A stretch of 32,000 nt of DNA from Acaryochloris thomasi RCC1774 (GCF_003231495.1 NZ_PQWO01000011.1:1-32000), one strand, 5' to 3'. Counted from the first letter of the stretch, positions 7,201 to 16,487 are shown. A program made the numbers and translations. Notes: generated by a model from the letters alone, not told the origin.

Positions 7201-8094
7201 ATGCCAGATTTTACTCGCCGCCAAGTGATAACGACAGGTGCGATCGCAACCACAGGTTTCGCCAGTGCGATCGCTGCCAAAAGCGTTGCTGCAAACACAC
7301 TCAACCCACCGGAACCGCAAAGTGAGTCAGCTAAATCTAGCGGTAGATTCTCTGAGAAAGTTGTTCTGATTACGGGAGCAACCTCTGGCATTGGTGCGAC
7401 AACAGCTAAAGCGTTTGCAAAAGAAGGGGCAAAGGTTGCATTCAACGGACGTCGCGCGAACCTCGGACAACAGGTAGAAAAGGATATTCGCGCTCTTGGA
7501 GGAGAAGCCACTTATTTTCAGTCTGATGTGCGGGACCCTAAACAGGTAGAACAGTTTGTCAATGCCACTGTCGATAAATATGGCCGGTTGGATATCGCCT
7601 TCAACAATGCGGGTGTGTTTATGACGCCAGTAGAAATTCAAGAGATGGATCTCGATAACTATCGCAATATGATCGCCACCAATCTTGACGGTGTGTTCTA
7701 TGCGATGCGATATGAGCTGCCTGTTATGATTCAGCAAAACAGCGGCATTATTATCAATATGGCATCAGTGGCTGGACATCGGGGTTTCGCTAACACGCCA
7801 CATTACAACGCCAGCAAGCATGGCGTCATTGGTCTGACTAAAGCTGCTGCCAGCGCTAACGCAAAACGTAATATTCGCATCAATTCCATTTCTCCTTTAG
7901 CTGTTGATACCCCGATGCTGCAGCAGTCCTTCGAATATCAAGGATTGACATACGAGCAAATGGCTCCCAATTTTGTCACTCCCCGAATTATGAACACTGC
8001 GGAAATAGCGCAGGCTGTCATGTTCCTGGCTTTAGATGAAGCAACTTCTATTAATGGAATGGACTTAGACGTTACGGGTGGACAACTCGCATAA
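7201..8094 (+). CDS. SDR-family oxidoreductase with twin-arginine (Tat) signal peptide
   Basis: N-terminus MPDFTRRQVITTGAIATTGFASAIAAKS (RR motif, h-region, AxA). Followed by TGATSGIG Rossmann motif, NNAG, and catalytic S...YNASK. Confidence 0.85.
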   Translation: MPDFTRRQVITTGAIATTGFASAIAAKSVAANTLNPPEPQSESAKSSGRFSEKVVLITGATSGIGATTAKAFAKEGAKVAFNGRRANLGQQVEKDIRALGGEATYFQSDVRDPKQVEQFVNATVDKYGRLDIAFNNAGVFMTPVEIQEMDLDNYRNMIATNLDGVFYAMRYELPVMIQQNSGIIINMASVAGHRGFANTPHYNASKHGVIGLTKAAASANAKRNIRINSISPLAVDTPMLQQSFEYQGLTYEQMAPNFVTPRIMNTAEIAQAVMFLALDEATSINGMDLDVTGGQLA

Positions 8095-8236
8095 GTCTAA
8101 GAACTGGAGCACGAGCTGCAGCGTAGAAGAAGCATCTGAGAAAAACAAAAGTGGCTAGCATTCCAGCGGCAGAAGAACCGGCTGTGGACTCCAGATTTCA
8201 GCCAAAGTGAAATTTACACTAACAGAAGGCATCACC

Positions 8237-9118
8237 ATGACCGAATTCACACGACGACAAATCGTGACGACAGGGGTTGTCGCAGCCACGGGCCTAACGG
8301 CTGCAATTGCTACCGGAGAATTAACTGCCGCTTCCCCCAAATCAACTGAGTCAAGCGCTTCCACTCTTGGCAATCGCTTCACCAACAAAGTCATTCTGAT
8401 TACAGGAGCCACCTCCGGTATCGGCAAGGTCACCGCTAAGGCTTTTGCTCAAGAGGGCGGAAAAGTCTTTTTCTGCGGACGGCGAGCAAACTTGGGTCAA
8501 CAGGTAGAATCCGAGATTCGTGACAGCGGCGGCGAGGCTACTTATCTCCAGGCAGATGTTCGTAATGCCGAGCAGGTTAAGGCTTTTGTCGAAGGCTGCG
8601 TTGCGAAATATGGTCGCCTGGATGTGGCCTTCAATAATGCAGGAATTGACTATCCCCCAGATGCGATCGCAGATACCGACATTGCAGCATTTGACGACCT
8701 AATGAACACCAACGCACGGGGCGTCTTTCTCGGCATGAAATATGAGATTCCCCACTTACTGAAAACAAAAGGGGCCATCATCAACAACGCCAGTATCGGT
8801 GGTCACCGTGCCTTCCCAAATATTGTGGGCTATGGCGCGAGTAAAGCCGCCGTGATTCATATGACTAAAATGGCGGCTCAAGAATACGGGAAGGATATTC
8901 GCGTCAATGTTATTGCCCCTGGTGGTGTGGATACACCCATGTGGGAGCGGGTACAAAAAGACTGGGGCGTAACAGAAGAACAGCTTGTTTCCAGCTACCC
9001 CATGAAGCGAGTGGCGCAGCCGGAAGAGATTGCTAAGGCCGTGATATGGCTGGCGTCAGGTGCAGCCTCCTACGTTTCAGGAATGCGCTTCGATATCGAT
9101 GGCGGTGGCCTGGGCTAA
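8237..9118 (+). CDS. SDR-family oxidoreductase with Tat signal peptide (tandem paralogue)
   Basis: MTEFTRRQIVTTGVVAATGLTAAIATGE, then TGATSGIG, NNAG, YGASK. ATG 8237 is preferred (GAAGG 7 nt upstream) over GTG 8207. Collinear similarity to 7201-8094 throughout. Confidence 0.85.
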   Translation: MTEFTRRQIVTTGVVAATGLTAAIATGELTAASPKSTESSASTLGNRFTNKVILITGATSGIGKVTAKAFAQEGGKVFFCGRRANLGQQVESEIRDSGGEATYLQADVRNAEQVKAFVEGCVAKYGRLDVAFNNAGIDYPPDAIADTDIAAFDDLMNTNARGVFLGMKYEIPHLLKTKGAIINNASIGGHRAFPNIVGYGASKAAVIHMTKMAAQEYGKDIRVNVIAPGGVDTPMWERVQKDWGVTEEQLVSSYPMKRVAQPEEIAKAVIWLASGAASYVSGMRFDIDGGGLG

Positions 9119-9161
9119 TCACAATTTAATTCATAGAACATCCAAGAACTAGGAATCAAAT

Positions 9162-10274
9162 ATGTCGATCAATCAATACTATACCCTTGGCCGTAGCGGT
9201 CTCCGCGTTAGTCGTTTGGCTTTGGGCACGATGACCTTTGGTACCGATTGGGGCTGGGGCGCAGATCGAGAAACCGCTAGTCAACTCTTCAATATGTACG
9301 TTGACGCTGGCGGAAATTTCGTGGATACGGCTGATTTATACACCAATGGCACCAGTGAAACTTGGGTGGGTGAGTTCATTAAAGAACGGAGCTTGCGCGA
9401 TAAAGTTGCGATCGCAACCAAGTTCTCCTACAACGCCGACCCCGGCAACCCCAATGCAGGCGGCAACGGTCGCAAGAATATCCTCAGAGCTGTCGAGGGA
9501 TCGCTGCAGCGCTTGGGGACAGACTACATCGATCTGTACATCCTCCACACCTGGGACAGTATTACGCCTGCTGAAGAAGTGATGCGAACGCTAGACGATC
9601 TCGTTAGATCTGGGAAAGTTCGCTATGTGGGTTTATCAGATGTTCCGGCTTGGTATGCGTCCCGCGCTCAGACTACTGCAGAACTGAGGGGCTATGAAAC
9701 CCTCTCCACTTTGCAGCTCGAATACTCCCTCGTTGAACGCAATATTGAGAATGAATTTGTCCCCCTTGGCACTCAGCACGGCATGGGCATTATGGTCTGG
9801 AGTCCGTTAGCTAGCGGTCTATTGAGTGGGAAGTATAAGCCCAGCGAGCAGGGCGGCGAAGGGGAAGGACGCCTTGCCGATCTCGCCGGAGCCGATAACC
9901 CAGCCTTCAACAAATTTACCGATCGTAACTGGAAGATCGTGGCTGAACTAGAGGCTGTCGCTAAAGAACTCGATCGCAGTATGGCGCAGGTGGCGGTCAA
10001 CTGGGCTGCGAATCAGCCAGGGATAGCGTCTGTGCTTGTGGGGGCGACCAAACTGCATCAGCTTGAAGATAATCTCAAGGCGTTAGAGTTTGAGATTCCG
10101 AAGGAACTTTGCGATCGCATCAACAAAGCCAGCGCTCCTGATCCCTCCTTTCCGTACACCTTCTTCACGCCTGGAATGCAGGCCATGCTCACCGGAGGCG
10201 CGATCGTTGGGGACAAACCCGAAGGGTACTATCCCACCGTGAAATTTGATGCTAAACCCGCTGGCGTGAGTTAA
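9162..10274 (+). CDS. Aldo/keto reductase
   Basis: LGRSGLRVSRLALGTMTFG..., DTADLY, YIDLYILH, GLSD and WSPLASGLLSGKY are canonical AKR motifs. Lies 43 nt downstream of the second SDR. Confidence 0.9.
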   Translation: MSINQYYTLGRSGLRVSRLALGTMTFGTDWGWGADRETASQLFNMYVDAGGNFVDTADLYTNGTSETWVGEFIKERSLRDKVAIATKFSYNADPGNPNAGGNGRKNILRAVEGSLQRLGTDYIDLYILHTWDSITPAEEVMRTLDDLVRSGKVRYVGLSDVPAWYASRAQTTAELRGYETLSTLQLEYSLVERNIENEFVPLGTQHGMGIMVWSPLASGLLSGKYKPSEQGGEGEGRLADLAGADNPAFNKFTDRNWKIVAELEAVAKELDRSMAQVAVNWAANQPGIASVLVGATKLHQLEDNLKALEFEIPKELCDRINKASAPDPSFPYTFFTPGMQAMLTGGAIVGDKPEGYYPTVKFDAKPAGVS

Positions 10275-10361
10275 CTGATTGCCATCCAAGCCACCGTGCA
10301 GCTTTCTCATCTATTTCTCTGAGGGGACAACTTCTACTTTCCTTATGTTGCTTTCCTCCTA

Positions 10362-11324
10362 TCACCAAACGCCCGTTTGCTTTAGAAAAGGCGAAAACTC
10401 TGGAATTGACCAGTGCAGCGGCAGACTGCCTTCTACCCGATAGCCGCTTTTGGGATGGAAGCGGAACAATCGTTCAGCCCCAGCGAAGGCTTCGACCTCA
10501 GCGCCGCTCCAAATTACCTCGGCAGCTCCAGTGAGATATAGCAGATCTCCCCGTTGGAAATCAAGAAATAATAGTCCAGCCCGAGGGTTCAGTTCGATAT
10601 TGCCGAAGGTATTGAAATGGCAATTCCCTGAAAAGTCAGGAACCGTGAGTGTATCGTCATCATCAATGCGGACGAAGCCCGGTTTACCGCCCCGATGGGA
10701 GACATCAACGCCGCTGGCCGCGCCTGCTGCTTCATTTTGGTAGGCTGTGGCAATAAAAAAGGTATCGGCTGCCGTAATCAGCGATCGCTCCGATTCAGAC
10801 AAGGCTGTTAACTTGTGTACTGGCTTCGGTGCGGCTGGATCGAATGCATCCAACGCTGAGGAGCGAGCCTGAATGTACTGTGGGCAATTGCCGAAGGTCT
10901 GTACCACCTGAATCTCAAAGCTATCAATATGAACTGCACTGATGCTTCCGTTGACTCGATTGCGACGACGGTTTTCTAGCTCAATGCCGAGCAACCCGAT
11001 ATCGCGCCCCTTTCTCAAGGTCTTAGCCAGCGGATCACCAAAGAGAGGCTGAGCGTTGATCCGCAGAGTTTGCTGATCGGGAGCCGAGATGAAACCGGGT
11101 TTCCCTACAAGGATTGAGGCCCAAATCTGATCTGCTTCGTCCACTGTGCCAACGGTCACATAGGGAAGCTGAGGAAAGAACTGACAATGCTGCTTGGTTA
11201 GAGACTCCCGGATCATGCGTCGACCTTGGCGATCCATGCGCTCCTGAGCACCGAACCGTGCTTGAATTGCGAGTTCACCCTGATGGAAGGGGGATTCTGA
11301 ACGGGGCCAGCCTGGAATTGCCAT
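10362..11324 (-). CDS. Pyridoxamine 5'-phosphate oxidase-like (FMN-binding split-barrel) family protein
   Basis: SPFHQGELAIQARFG...MIRESLTKQHCQFFPQLPYVTVGTVD and a second barrel-like half (FFIATAYQ...VDVSHRGGKPGFV). ATG 11324 (MAIPGW) is preferred because 11357 would overlap the upstream VOC gene. Confidence 0.65.
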   Translation of the reverse strand: MAIPGWPRSESPFHQGELAIQARFGAQERMDRQGRRMIRESLTKQHCQFFPQLPYVTVGTVDEADQIWASILVGKPGFISAPDQQTLRINAQPLFGDPLAKTLRKGRDIGLLGIELENRRRNRVNGSISAVHIDSFEIQVVQTFGNCPQYIQARSSALDAFDPAAPKPVHKLTALSESERSLITAADTFFIATAYQNEAAGAASGVDVSHRGGKPGFVRIDDDDTLTVPDFSGNCHFNTFGNIELNPRAGLLFLDFQRGDLLYLTGAAEVIWSGAEVEAFAGAERLFRFHPKSGYRVEGSLPLHWSIPEFSPFLKQTGVW

Positions 11325-11340
11325 TGTATTTACGCTCCGC

Positions 11341-11742
11341 TCAAGATCCAGGGGCAAACAGTTCCATGCGGATGCCCCCTGGGATATAGAACATCATGTG
11401 ATGGGCAGGAAAACCGTTCAAGGATTCTGGAGCAAACTCGATTTCAACGCCTTCAGTATTGACGAGCGTTTGATGAAGAGTGTTGAGGGTGTTGAGGCTG
11501 TCGACCTTGAGGGCAAAATGGTGGAGGCCGATGTTGTTTTTACGATCAAAGGGGGTTGCTGAATCAGGATTGACCGCCTGCCATAGGGTCAACATGGTTG
11601 TCCCATCAGAGATGAAAGCAGCAGGATAGTCAGGGACCTCACCGACCTGCTCAAACCCCAATACGTCAATGAAAAAGTTGCGGGTAGCTGTTAGGTCAGG
11701 GACGGTGAGCCCAATATGGTGAGCGCCTTGAGTAATGGCCAT
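11341..11742 (-). CDS. VOC (glyoxalase/bleomycin-resistance/dioxygenase) family protein
   Basis: HHIGLTVPDLTATRNFFIDVLGFE ... GLHHFALKV ... is the typical paired beta-alpha-beta-beta-beta VOC pattern. Confidence 0.85.
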   Translation of the reverse strand: MAITQGAHHIGLTVPDLTATRNFFIDVLGFEQVGEVPDYPAAFISDGTTMLTLWQAVNPDSATPFDRKNNIGLHHFALKVDSLNTLNTLHQTLVNTEGVEIEFAPESLNGFPAHHMMFYIPGGIRMELFAPGS

Positions 11743-11791
11743 GAGCTGAGTCTCCAGTTTAGGTATGAGGAACGAGAAATCTTCAAGGACT

Positions 11792-12844
11792 TCAAATCAA
11801 TGCTTCTTGGGTAAAGAGGGTGCGAATCTGTTCAGCAATCAGTATGCCTTCCTCTTCCAAAGCAAAATGTCCGGTATCTAGCAGATGAAACTTGAGGTTG
11901 GTTAAATCTCGCTTATAGGGATGTGCCCCCGATGCTGGAAAAATTTGATCATTCTTACCCCAAACCAGCAACGTTGGGGGTTGATTTTCCCGCATGTAGG
12001 CTTGCCATTTGGGGTAAAGGGGTGGATTTGACCCGTAGGAGTAGAACAGCGCTAGCTGTATGTCTTTATTCCCCGGGCGATCTAGAAATCGTTGATCAAG
12101 GTTCCAGTTGTCGGGACTAACGGCCTCGGGGTTGCGTACACCATGAATATATTGCCATTCAGTCGCCTTGATTTCGAAGAACGGCTTGAGTGGGGCTGCA
12201 TTTTCATCAGTTCGGTTCTGCCAATAGACTTTTAGCGGATCCCAGAACTTACTCAGCCCTTCATCGTAAGCATTCCCATTTTGAATAATTAGGGCTTGTA
12301 CTCGCTCTGGATGGCGAGTCGCAATGCGAAAACCAATGGGTGCGCCATAATCCATTAGATAGAGGCTATAGCGTTCTAAACCCGTGGCTTGGATGAAGCC
12401 ATCCATAATTTCTGCCAAGCGATCAAAGGTGTAATCAAATTCAGTGACCAGAGGCATGGAGCTGTTGCCATAGCCAGGATAGTCAGGAGCGACAAGATGA
12501 AACTGATCGGCAAGGGCTGGTATCAGATTGCGAAACATGTGGGATGAGGTGGGAAAGCCATGAAGTAGCAATAGCGTTGGTGCGTCTGGTGAGCCAGCTT
12601 CACGGTAGAAAATCTCTAACCCCTCAACGGTTGTTGTTCGATACCGAACTGCCTGAACGTCAGAAGCGGATGAATGAGCGGAGATCATGGCCCCCTTCTC
12701 GTGAACGCCCGCCCAAGCAGGAGAGCCGAGGATAGTACTGCCGACAAAGCCCGCAGTGCCATGAGTCAAAAGTGTACGTCGGCTCAGATGTCTAATCACA
12801 GCATTACTCCGAAGAAATGAATCCAAATCAGTGTAGAAGAGCAT
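11792..12844 (-). CDS. Alpha/beta-fold hydrolase (Asp-nucleophile, epoxide-hydrolase/dehalogenase-like) with Tat-type signal
   Basis: [28 protein letters not shown] (RR signal). [38 protein letters not shown]. Nucleophile elbow [10 protein letters not shown] has Asp rather than Ser. C-terminal DTGHFALEE. Confidence 0.8.
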   Translation of the reverse strand: MLFYTDLDSFLRSNAVIRHLSRRTLLTHGTAGFVGSTILGSPAWAGVHEKGAMISAHSSASDVQAVRYRTTTVEGLEIFYREAGSPDAPTLLLLHGFPTSSHMFRNLIPALADQFHLVAPDYPGYGNSSMPLVTEFDYTFDRLAEIMDGFIQATGLERYSLYLMDYGAPIGFRIATRHPERVQALIIQNGNAYDEGLSKFWDPLKVYWQNRTDENAAPLKPFFEIKATEWQYIHGVRNPEAVSPDNWNLDQRFLDRPGNKDIQLALFYSYGSNPPLYPKWQAYMRENQPPTLLVWGKNDQIFPASGAHPYKRDLTNLKFHLLDTGHFALEEEGILIAEQIRTLFTQEALI

Positions 12845-12879
12845 TTCCGCTGAGTTCCTTAACCAAGGTTAAGTTCGCA

Positions 12880-13491
12880 TTACTCTGTAAGGTTCTCTAA
12901 CCATTCTTGAGAGAAAGTAATACTTCGTTTCTTACGGGTAATAATCCCATCAGCCTGAAGCTGCGCTAGTAAGCGGGACAAGCTTTCGGGCAAGAGGGCT
13001 AGTTCATCAGCGATCGCATTTAAAGGTCTATCTAACGCAACAGTTGCCTGCCCTTGAGGACGACGCTGAATCAGGTAGCGCAGTAGGCGATTTCGGGCTG
13101 ATCGAATACTCCTCAGCTCTAAAAACTGCGTGACGGCAAAAAAACGATGGGTCAGATGTGAGCGGTACTGCTCGGATAGCTCAAGCGATTGGCGCAGTGT
13201 GTCCAAAAAAATCTGTTTGGGAACGGCGATAACGCGAGAGGGTTGCTCTGCGATCACTGTACAGCCGTAGGCATCGAAATACAGGGCCGTTTCAGCAAAG
13301 CTCTCGCCAGCTTCTACTGAGTAGTGGGTGACCACTTGTTGCTCCGTAAAGCTGACGAGCTTCAATCGGCCAAACTCGACCCAATAGATAGCCTGGGTAG
13401 GCTCTCCCTGCTGAAACAAAATCTGATCTTTTGCCATCTCATGGCGAGTGATAGCGCGCTGAAGATTGAGAGGAAATTCGTTGATCAGCAT
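12880..13491 (-). CDS. Crp/Fnr-family transcriptional regulator
   Basis: N-terminal cNMP-binding-like beta-barrel (ILFQQGEPTQAIYWVEFGRLKL) and C-terminal HTH (LNAIADELALLPESLSRLLAQLQADGII). ATG 13491 (MLINEF) is preferred over 13563. Confidence 0.8.
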   Translation of the reverse strand: MLINEFPLNLQRAITRHEMAKDQILFQQGEPTQAIYWVEFGRLKLVSFTEQQVVTHYSVEAGESFAETALYFDAYGCTVIAEQPSRVIAVPKQIFLDTLRQSLELSEQYRSHLTHRFFAVTQFLELRSIRSARNRLLRYLIQRRPQGQATVALDRPLNAIADELALLPESLSRLLAQLQADGIITRKKRSITFSQEWLENLTE

Positions 13492-13510
13492 TGGGCCTCG
13501 TTCTCGGTTT

Positions 13511-13556
13511 TGTACCAAACGTTCGGTACATTTAATCATACTGAACGTTTGGTACA
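13511..13556. promoter_or_regulatory. Two copies of a 20-bp pseudo-palindromic operator in the crp/tetR divergent intergenic region
   Basis: TGTACCAAACGTTCGGTACA (13511-13530; its reverse complement differs at 2 positions) and CATACTGAACGTTTGGTACA (13537-13556; 17/20 to the reverse complement of site 1). Located 20 nt from the crp start and 32 nt from the tetR start. Confidence 0.6.
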
Positions 13557-13587
13557 ATTTCAAATAAGTTTTCGAGCTGCTTTGTCT

Positions 13588-14145
13588 ATGTCGAAGGCGC
13601 AGTATATCCCCAGTTTGTTAGGGCTTTTTCGGCAGCACGGCTACGATGGTGCTACTCTTTCCAGGATCTCGGAGGCAACCGGCTTAGGTAAGGCCAGCCT
13701 CTATCACCACTTTCCAGGCGGTAAGTCTGAAATGGTAGCGACGGTTCTCGACTATTTAGAGCAAGAGACTGAAATACACATTCTGCAAGTACTGCGCGGT
13801 CAGGGAGAGGCTCCAGCCCGCCTACAAAAGATGTGTGATGGGATTAGTCGGCTGTATGAGCAAGGAGACCAGCCCTGTCTGCAGGCCATCTTGCTCATGG
13901 GGTCGGCTCGGGACGTGTTTCATGCCAAGGTTGAGATGCTGTTGCGAAGTTGGATCGATGCGATCGCAACCCTCTTAATGGCAGAGGGGCTTAGTAAAGA
14001 TATTGCCCTGCAGCGTGCCGAGAATGCGGTTCTCGCGATCCAGGGATCGCTAATTCTGTCCCAGGGACTCAATAGCCCTGCAGTCTTTCAGCGTGTAGTC
14101 AATCAACTGCCGCAACAGCTCTATCAAGGTTTGGATGAGGGATAG
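13588..14145 (+). CDS. TetR/AcrR-family transcriptional regulator
   Basis: LFRQHGYDGATLSRISEATGLGKASLYHHFPGGKSEM is the TetR HTH signature. True start is ATG 13588. The 13324-13587 extension in the track is antisense to crp. Confidence 0.85.
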   Translation: MSKAQYIPSLLGLFRQHGYDGATLSRISEATGLGKASLYHHFPGGKSEMVATVLDYLEQETEIHILQVLRGQGEAPARLQKMCDGISRLYEQGDQPCLQAILLMGSARDVFHAKVEMLLRSWIDAIATLLMAEGLSKDIALQRAENAVLAIQGSLILSQGLNSPAVFQRVVNQLPQQLYQGLDEG

Positions 14146-14175
14146 GCGATATTCCTTCGCTCTTCTATAGCAGCA

Positions 14176-14985
14176 CTAAGCGGCATCTTCAATCGCTCTA
14201 ATGTAGCGCTCCGCTGAACATTTAACGCTGGTTTTCGCCTCTACAGTAATCACAGCATCCCACCAAGCGCCGTAAAGTCGGTCAAAGCTGTAAGGTTCTA
14301 GAGAATTCGCAATATGTCTAACCTTTGATGCTGAAAGCGGGATCAGGTTGGCATAGCTGTACATAAAACTAACCCAGTGCTTAGCAGGGACGACTTGAAT
14401 CAGATCGCCCGTCAAAAGCCCACCGGCTCCATGTGCACCGGATGCCCAATGGCAGACGGTCCCACCTTCGAAATGGCCGCCGATGTTGATCAATGTCAGT
14501 CCCTTTAGTTCTAATACGTTACCTTTCCAGAACTGGAGCCGAGGGTCGGGTCGCATCATCCACTGACGATCCGCTTCGTGCAGATAGATCTCAGCATCAA
14601 AAGCGTTTGCCCATTCAACTGCTGATGCATAAAAGTGAGGGTGGGAAAGTGCGATTGCATCCACCCCACCTAGCTCATTCACTTTGTCAACCGTCTGCTC
14701 ATCAATAAGACTGATGCAGTCCCACAGAACATTCCCTTGCTTTGACTGGATTAGCAATGCCCGCTGACCAATCGCAAAACTCGGTTCTGTCCCAATACCG
14801 TATAGATTCTCTTCTTGCTGCTCAATACGATTGTGGTGTTCTTTTCTGAGTTCAGGTAAGGTTGTCCACTGCTGACCGTCATGCCCCACGTACTGCCGGT
14901 CATCTTCGCAGATGGGACAGCGTTCGGGTGCTGAAGACGTGTCAGCAAACTGCGTTCCGCAGGTAATACAGATGTAGTTGACCAT
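14176..14985 (-). CDS. MBL-fold metallo-hydrolase with N-terminal CxxC...CxxC zinc ribbon
   Basis: CITCGTQFADTSSAPERCPICEDDRQYV, then an MBL core (ALSHPHFY ... GGHFEGG ... H). Confidence 0.75.
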   Translation of the reverse strand: MVNYICITCGTQFADTSSAPERCPICEDDRQYVGHDGQQWTTLPELRKEHHNRIEQQEENLYGIGTEPSFAIGQRALLIQSKQGNVLWDCISLIDEQTVDKVNELGGVDAIALSHPHFYASAVEWANAFDAEIYLHEADRQWMMRPDPRLQFWKGNVLELKGLTLINIGGHFEGGTVCHWASGAHGAGGLLTGDLIQVVPAKHWVSFMYSYANLIPLSASKVRHIANSLEPYSFDRLYGAWWDAVITVEAKTSVKCSAERYIRAIEDAA

Positions 14986-15042
14986 GAATACTCTCCGATA
15001 ACAAGTGCGGTTTGTTTTATCGCGCTCAAGGCATTCAGCCCC

Positions 15043-15462
15043 CTAACGTTCTTCAGGAGTGGGAATTGCGACCATCGCATCTATCTCAAACAACATTCCT
15101 TCTCCCGCCAACCGAGGCACAGGAATAAGCGTGCTAGCCGGTTTAATATCACCCGGCCACATCGCATTCCGTGCGGCTGAAATCAGTTCCTGTTTCCTCG
15201 CATCGTGGTCTACAGAAAGCACCGTAATTTTCACAACCTGTTCGGGCGTCGCACCGACAGCCACTAAAGCCGCTCTCAGATTCGTAAAAGCTTGGCTTAG
15301 CTGACTGTCAAAGTCAGTTGAATTACCCTGCTGATTCATGCCTCCTTGCCCCGCAATGAAAACAAGGGTTTGATGGGCAGGAACGAGCACAATGTTTGTA
15401 AATCCATAGTGAGATGGATCGCCCAACTCAGGTGGATTGAGTCGCTGAATATTTTGAGCCAT
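15043..15462 (-). CDS. RidA/YjgF-family protein
   Basis: 139 aa. VFIAGQGG... and ...IPVPRLAGEGMLFEIDA are typical of RidA/endoribonuclease L-PSP-fold proteins. Confidence 0.8.
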   Translation of the reverse strand: MAQNIQRLNPPELGDPSHYGFTNIVLVPAHQTLVFIAGQGGMNQQGNSTDFDSQLSQAFTNLRAALVAVGATPEQVVKITVLSVDHDARKQELISAARNAMWPGDIKPASTLIPVPRLAGEGMLFEIDAMVAIPTPEER

Positions 15463-15536
15463 GGTGATGAATTACCTCGAAATAATAGTGTTGATTTTCT
15501 AAACGCTTAACCAGCAGAAGATAGGTATTTTGTTGA

Positions 15537-16394
15537 TCAGTCAGACTGTTGCCCAACCAGTACGCTGCCTAGCACAATTGCAATTCCGGCCAGTTGGATA
15601 CCGGTAAAGGTCTCCTGCAAAAAGAGATAGCCGATCAGGGTGGCAACCACAGGACTCAGCAGTCCCAAATAAGAAACAGCCGTGGGGTTTAACTTGGCGA
15701 TTCCCCGAAACCACAGTGCGTAAGCCAGACCCGTACCAATCAAACCTAGATAGATAAAGGCCCATATGTTCGTTGAGGTGATTTGCTCAAACGGTCCCTC
15801 TGTGACTAGAGCAACGGGCAGTAATATCAGTCCACCCACCGTTAGCTGCCAAGCAGTAAAAACCATTAGCGGAACAGGAGGCTTCCACCGTTTGACCAGC
15901 ACTGTGCCCAGCCCCATTGCACCCGCACCTGCAAGCGCTGCAGTAATTCCCACACTGTCCAGACGAGCCGCAGGACTAAGGACCAGTAGCCCCACACCGA
16001 TGAAACCTGCGATCGCAGCCGCCACAGAAACCCTGGACGGCCTCTGACTTAAAATCACCCAGGCAAAGAGTCCAACCAGTAAGGGCTGAATCGCCCCCGC
16101 CGTTGCGGCTACACCTCCCGGAAGACGGTAGGCGGCTACGAACAATAACGCCTGGAAAACGCCGATATTTAAGCCCCCTAAAATCAACATCCGCAGCCAC
16201 CAGATGCCTTGAGGCAGCTTCCTGGAGACAGCGATCAGCAGCAGACCAATGGGAAGCGATCGCATCGCAGCCACCAACAGCGGATGATTAGGCGGCAAAA
16301 ACTCTGTGGCAACAACATAGGTTGTCCCCCAAGAGATGGGAGCCAGAGCCGTTAGTAAGAGGTCGGATAGACGGCCAGTTGATATCTTTTTCAT
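15537..16394 (-). CDS. EamA/DMT-family transporter
   Basis: 285 aa with ~10 hydrophobic helices arranged as two EamA repeats. Divergent from a MarR gene. Confidence 0.8.
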   Translation of the reverse strand: MKKISTGRLSDLLLTALAPISWGTTYVVATEFLPPNHPLLVAAMRSLPIGLLLIAVSRKLPQGIWWLRMLILGGLNIGVFQALLFVAAYRLPGGVAATAGAIQPLLVGLFAWVILSQRPSRVSVAAAIAGFIGVGLLVLSPAARLDSVGITAALAGAGAMGLGTVLVKRWKPPVPLMVFTAWQLTVGGLILLPVALVTEGPFEQITSTNIWAFIYLGLIGTGLAYALWFRGIAKLNPTAVSYLGLLSPVVATLIGYLFLQETFTGIQLAGIAIVLGSVLVGQQSD

Positions 16395-16398
16395 TTTG

Positions 16399-16454
16399 TC
16401 TTGATATCAAGATTCTTTATTTCAAGATTCTAGCATTTATCTTGACGTTAAGAT
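16399..16454. promoter_or_regulatory. Palindromic operator set in the eamA/marR divergent region
   Basis: Perfect 14-bp palindrome TCTTGATATCAAGA (16399-16412). Half-site TCAAGAT recurs at 16422-16428. Imperfect palindrome ATCTTGACGTTAAGAT at 16439-16454. Confidence 0.6.
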
Positions 16455-16487
16455 TGTTGGCAGTATGATTCCTGAAAACGAACCCCT

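Noticed and set aside
7131-7511. 126-aa ORF antisense to the first SDR gene (and the analogous 8155-8433 ORF antisense to the second)
   Set aside because: Ala/Val/Pro-rich shadow frames opposite strongly recognisable SDR coding sequence, with no motifs of their own.
13324-13587. N-terminal 88-aa extension of the TetR ORF given in the track
   Set aside because: It runs antisense through the crp coding region and the operator region. TetR homology begins at the ATG at 13588.
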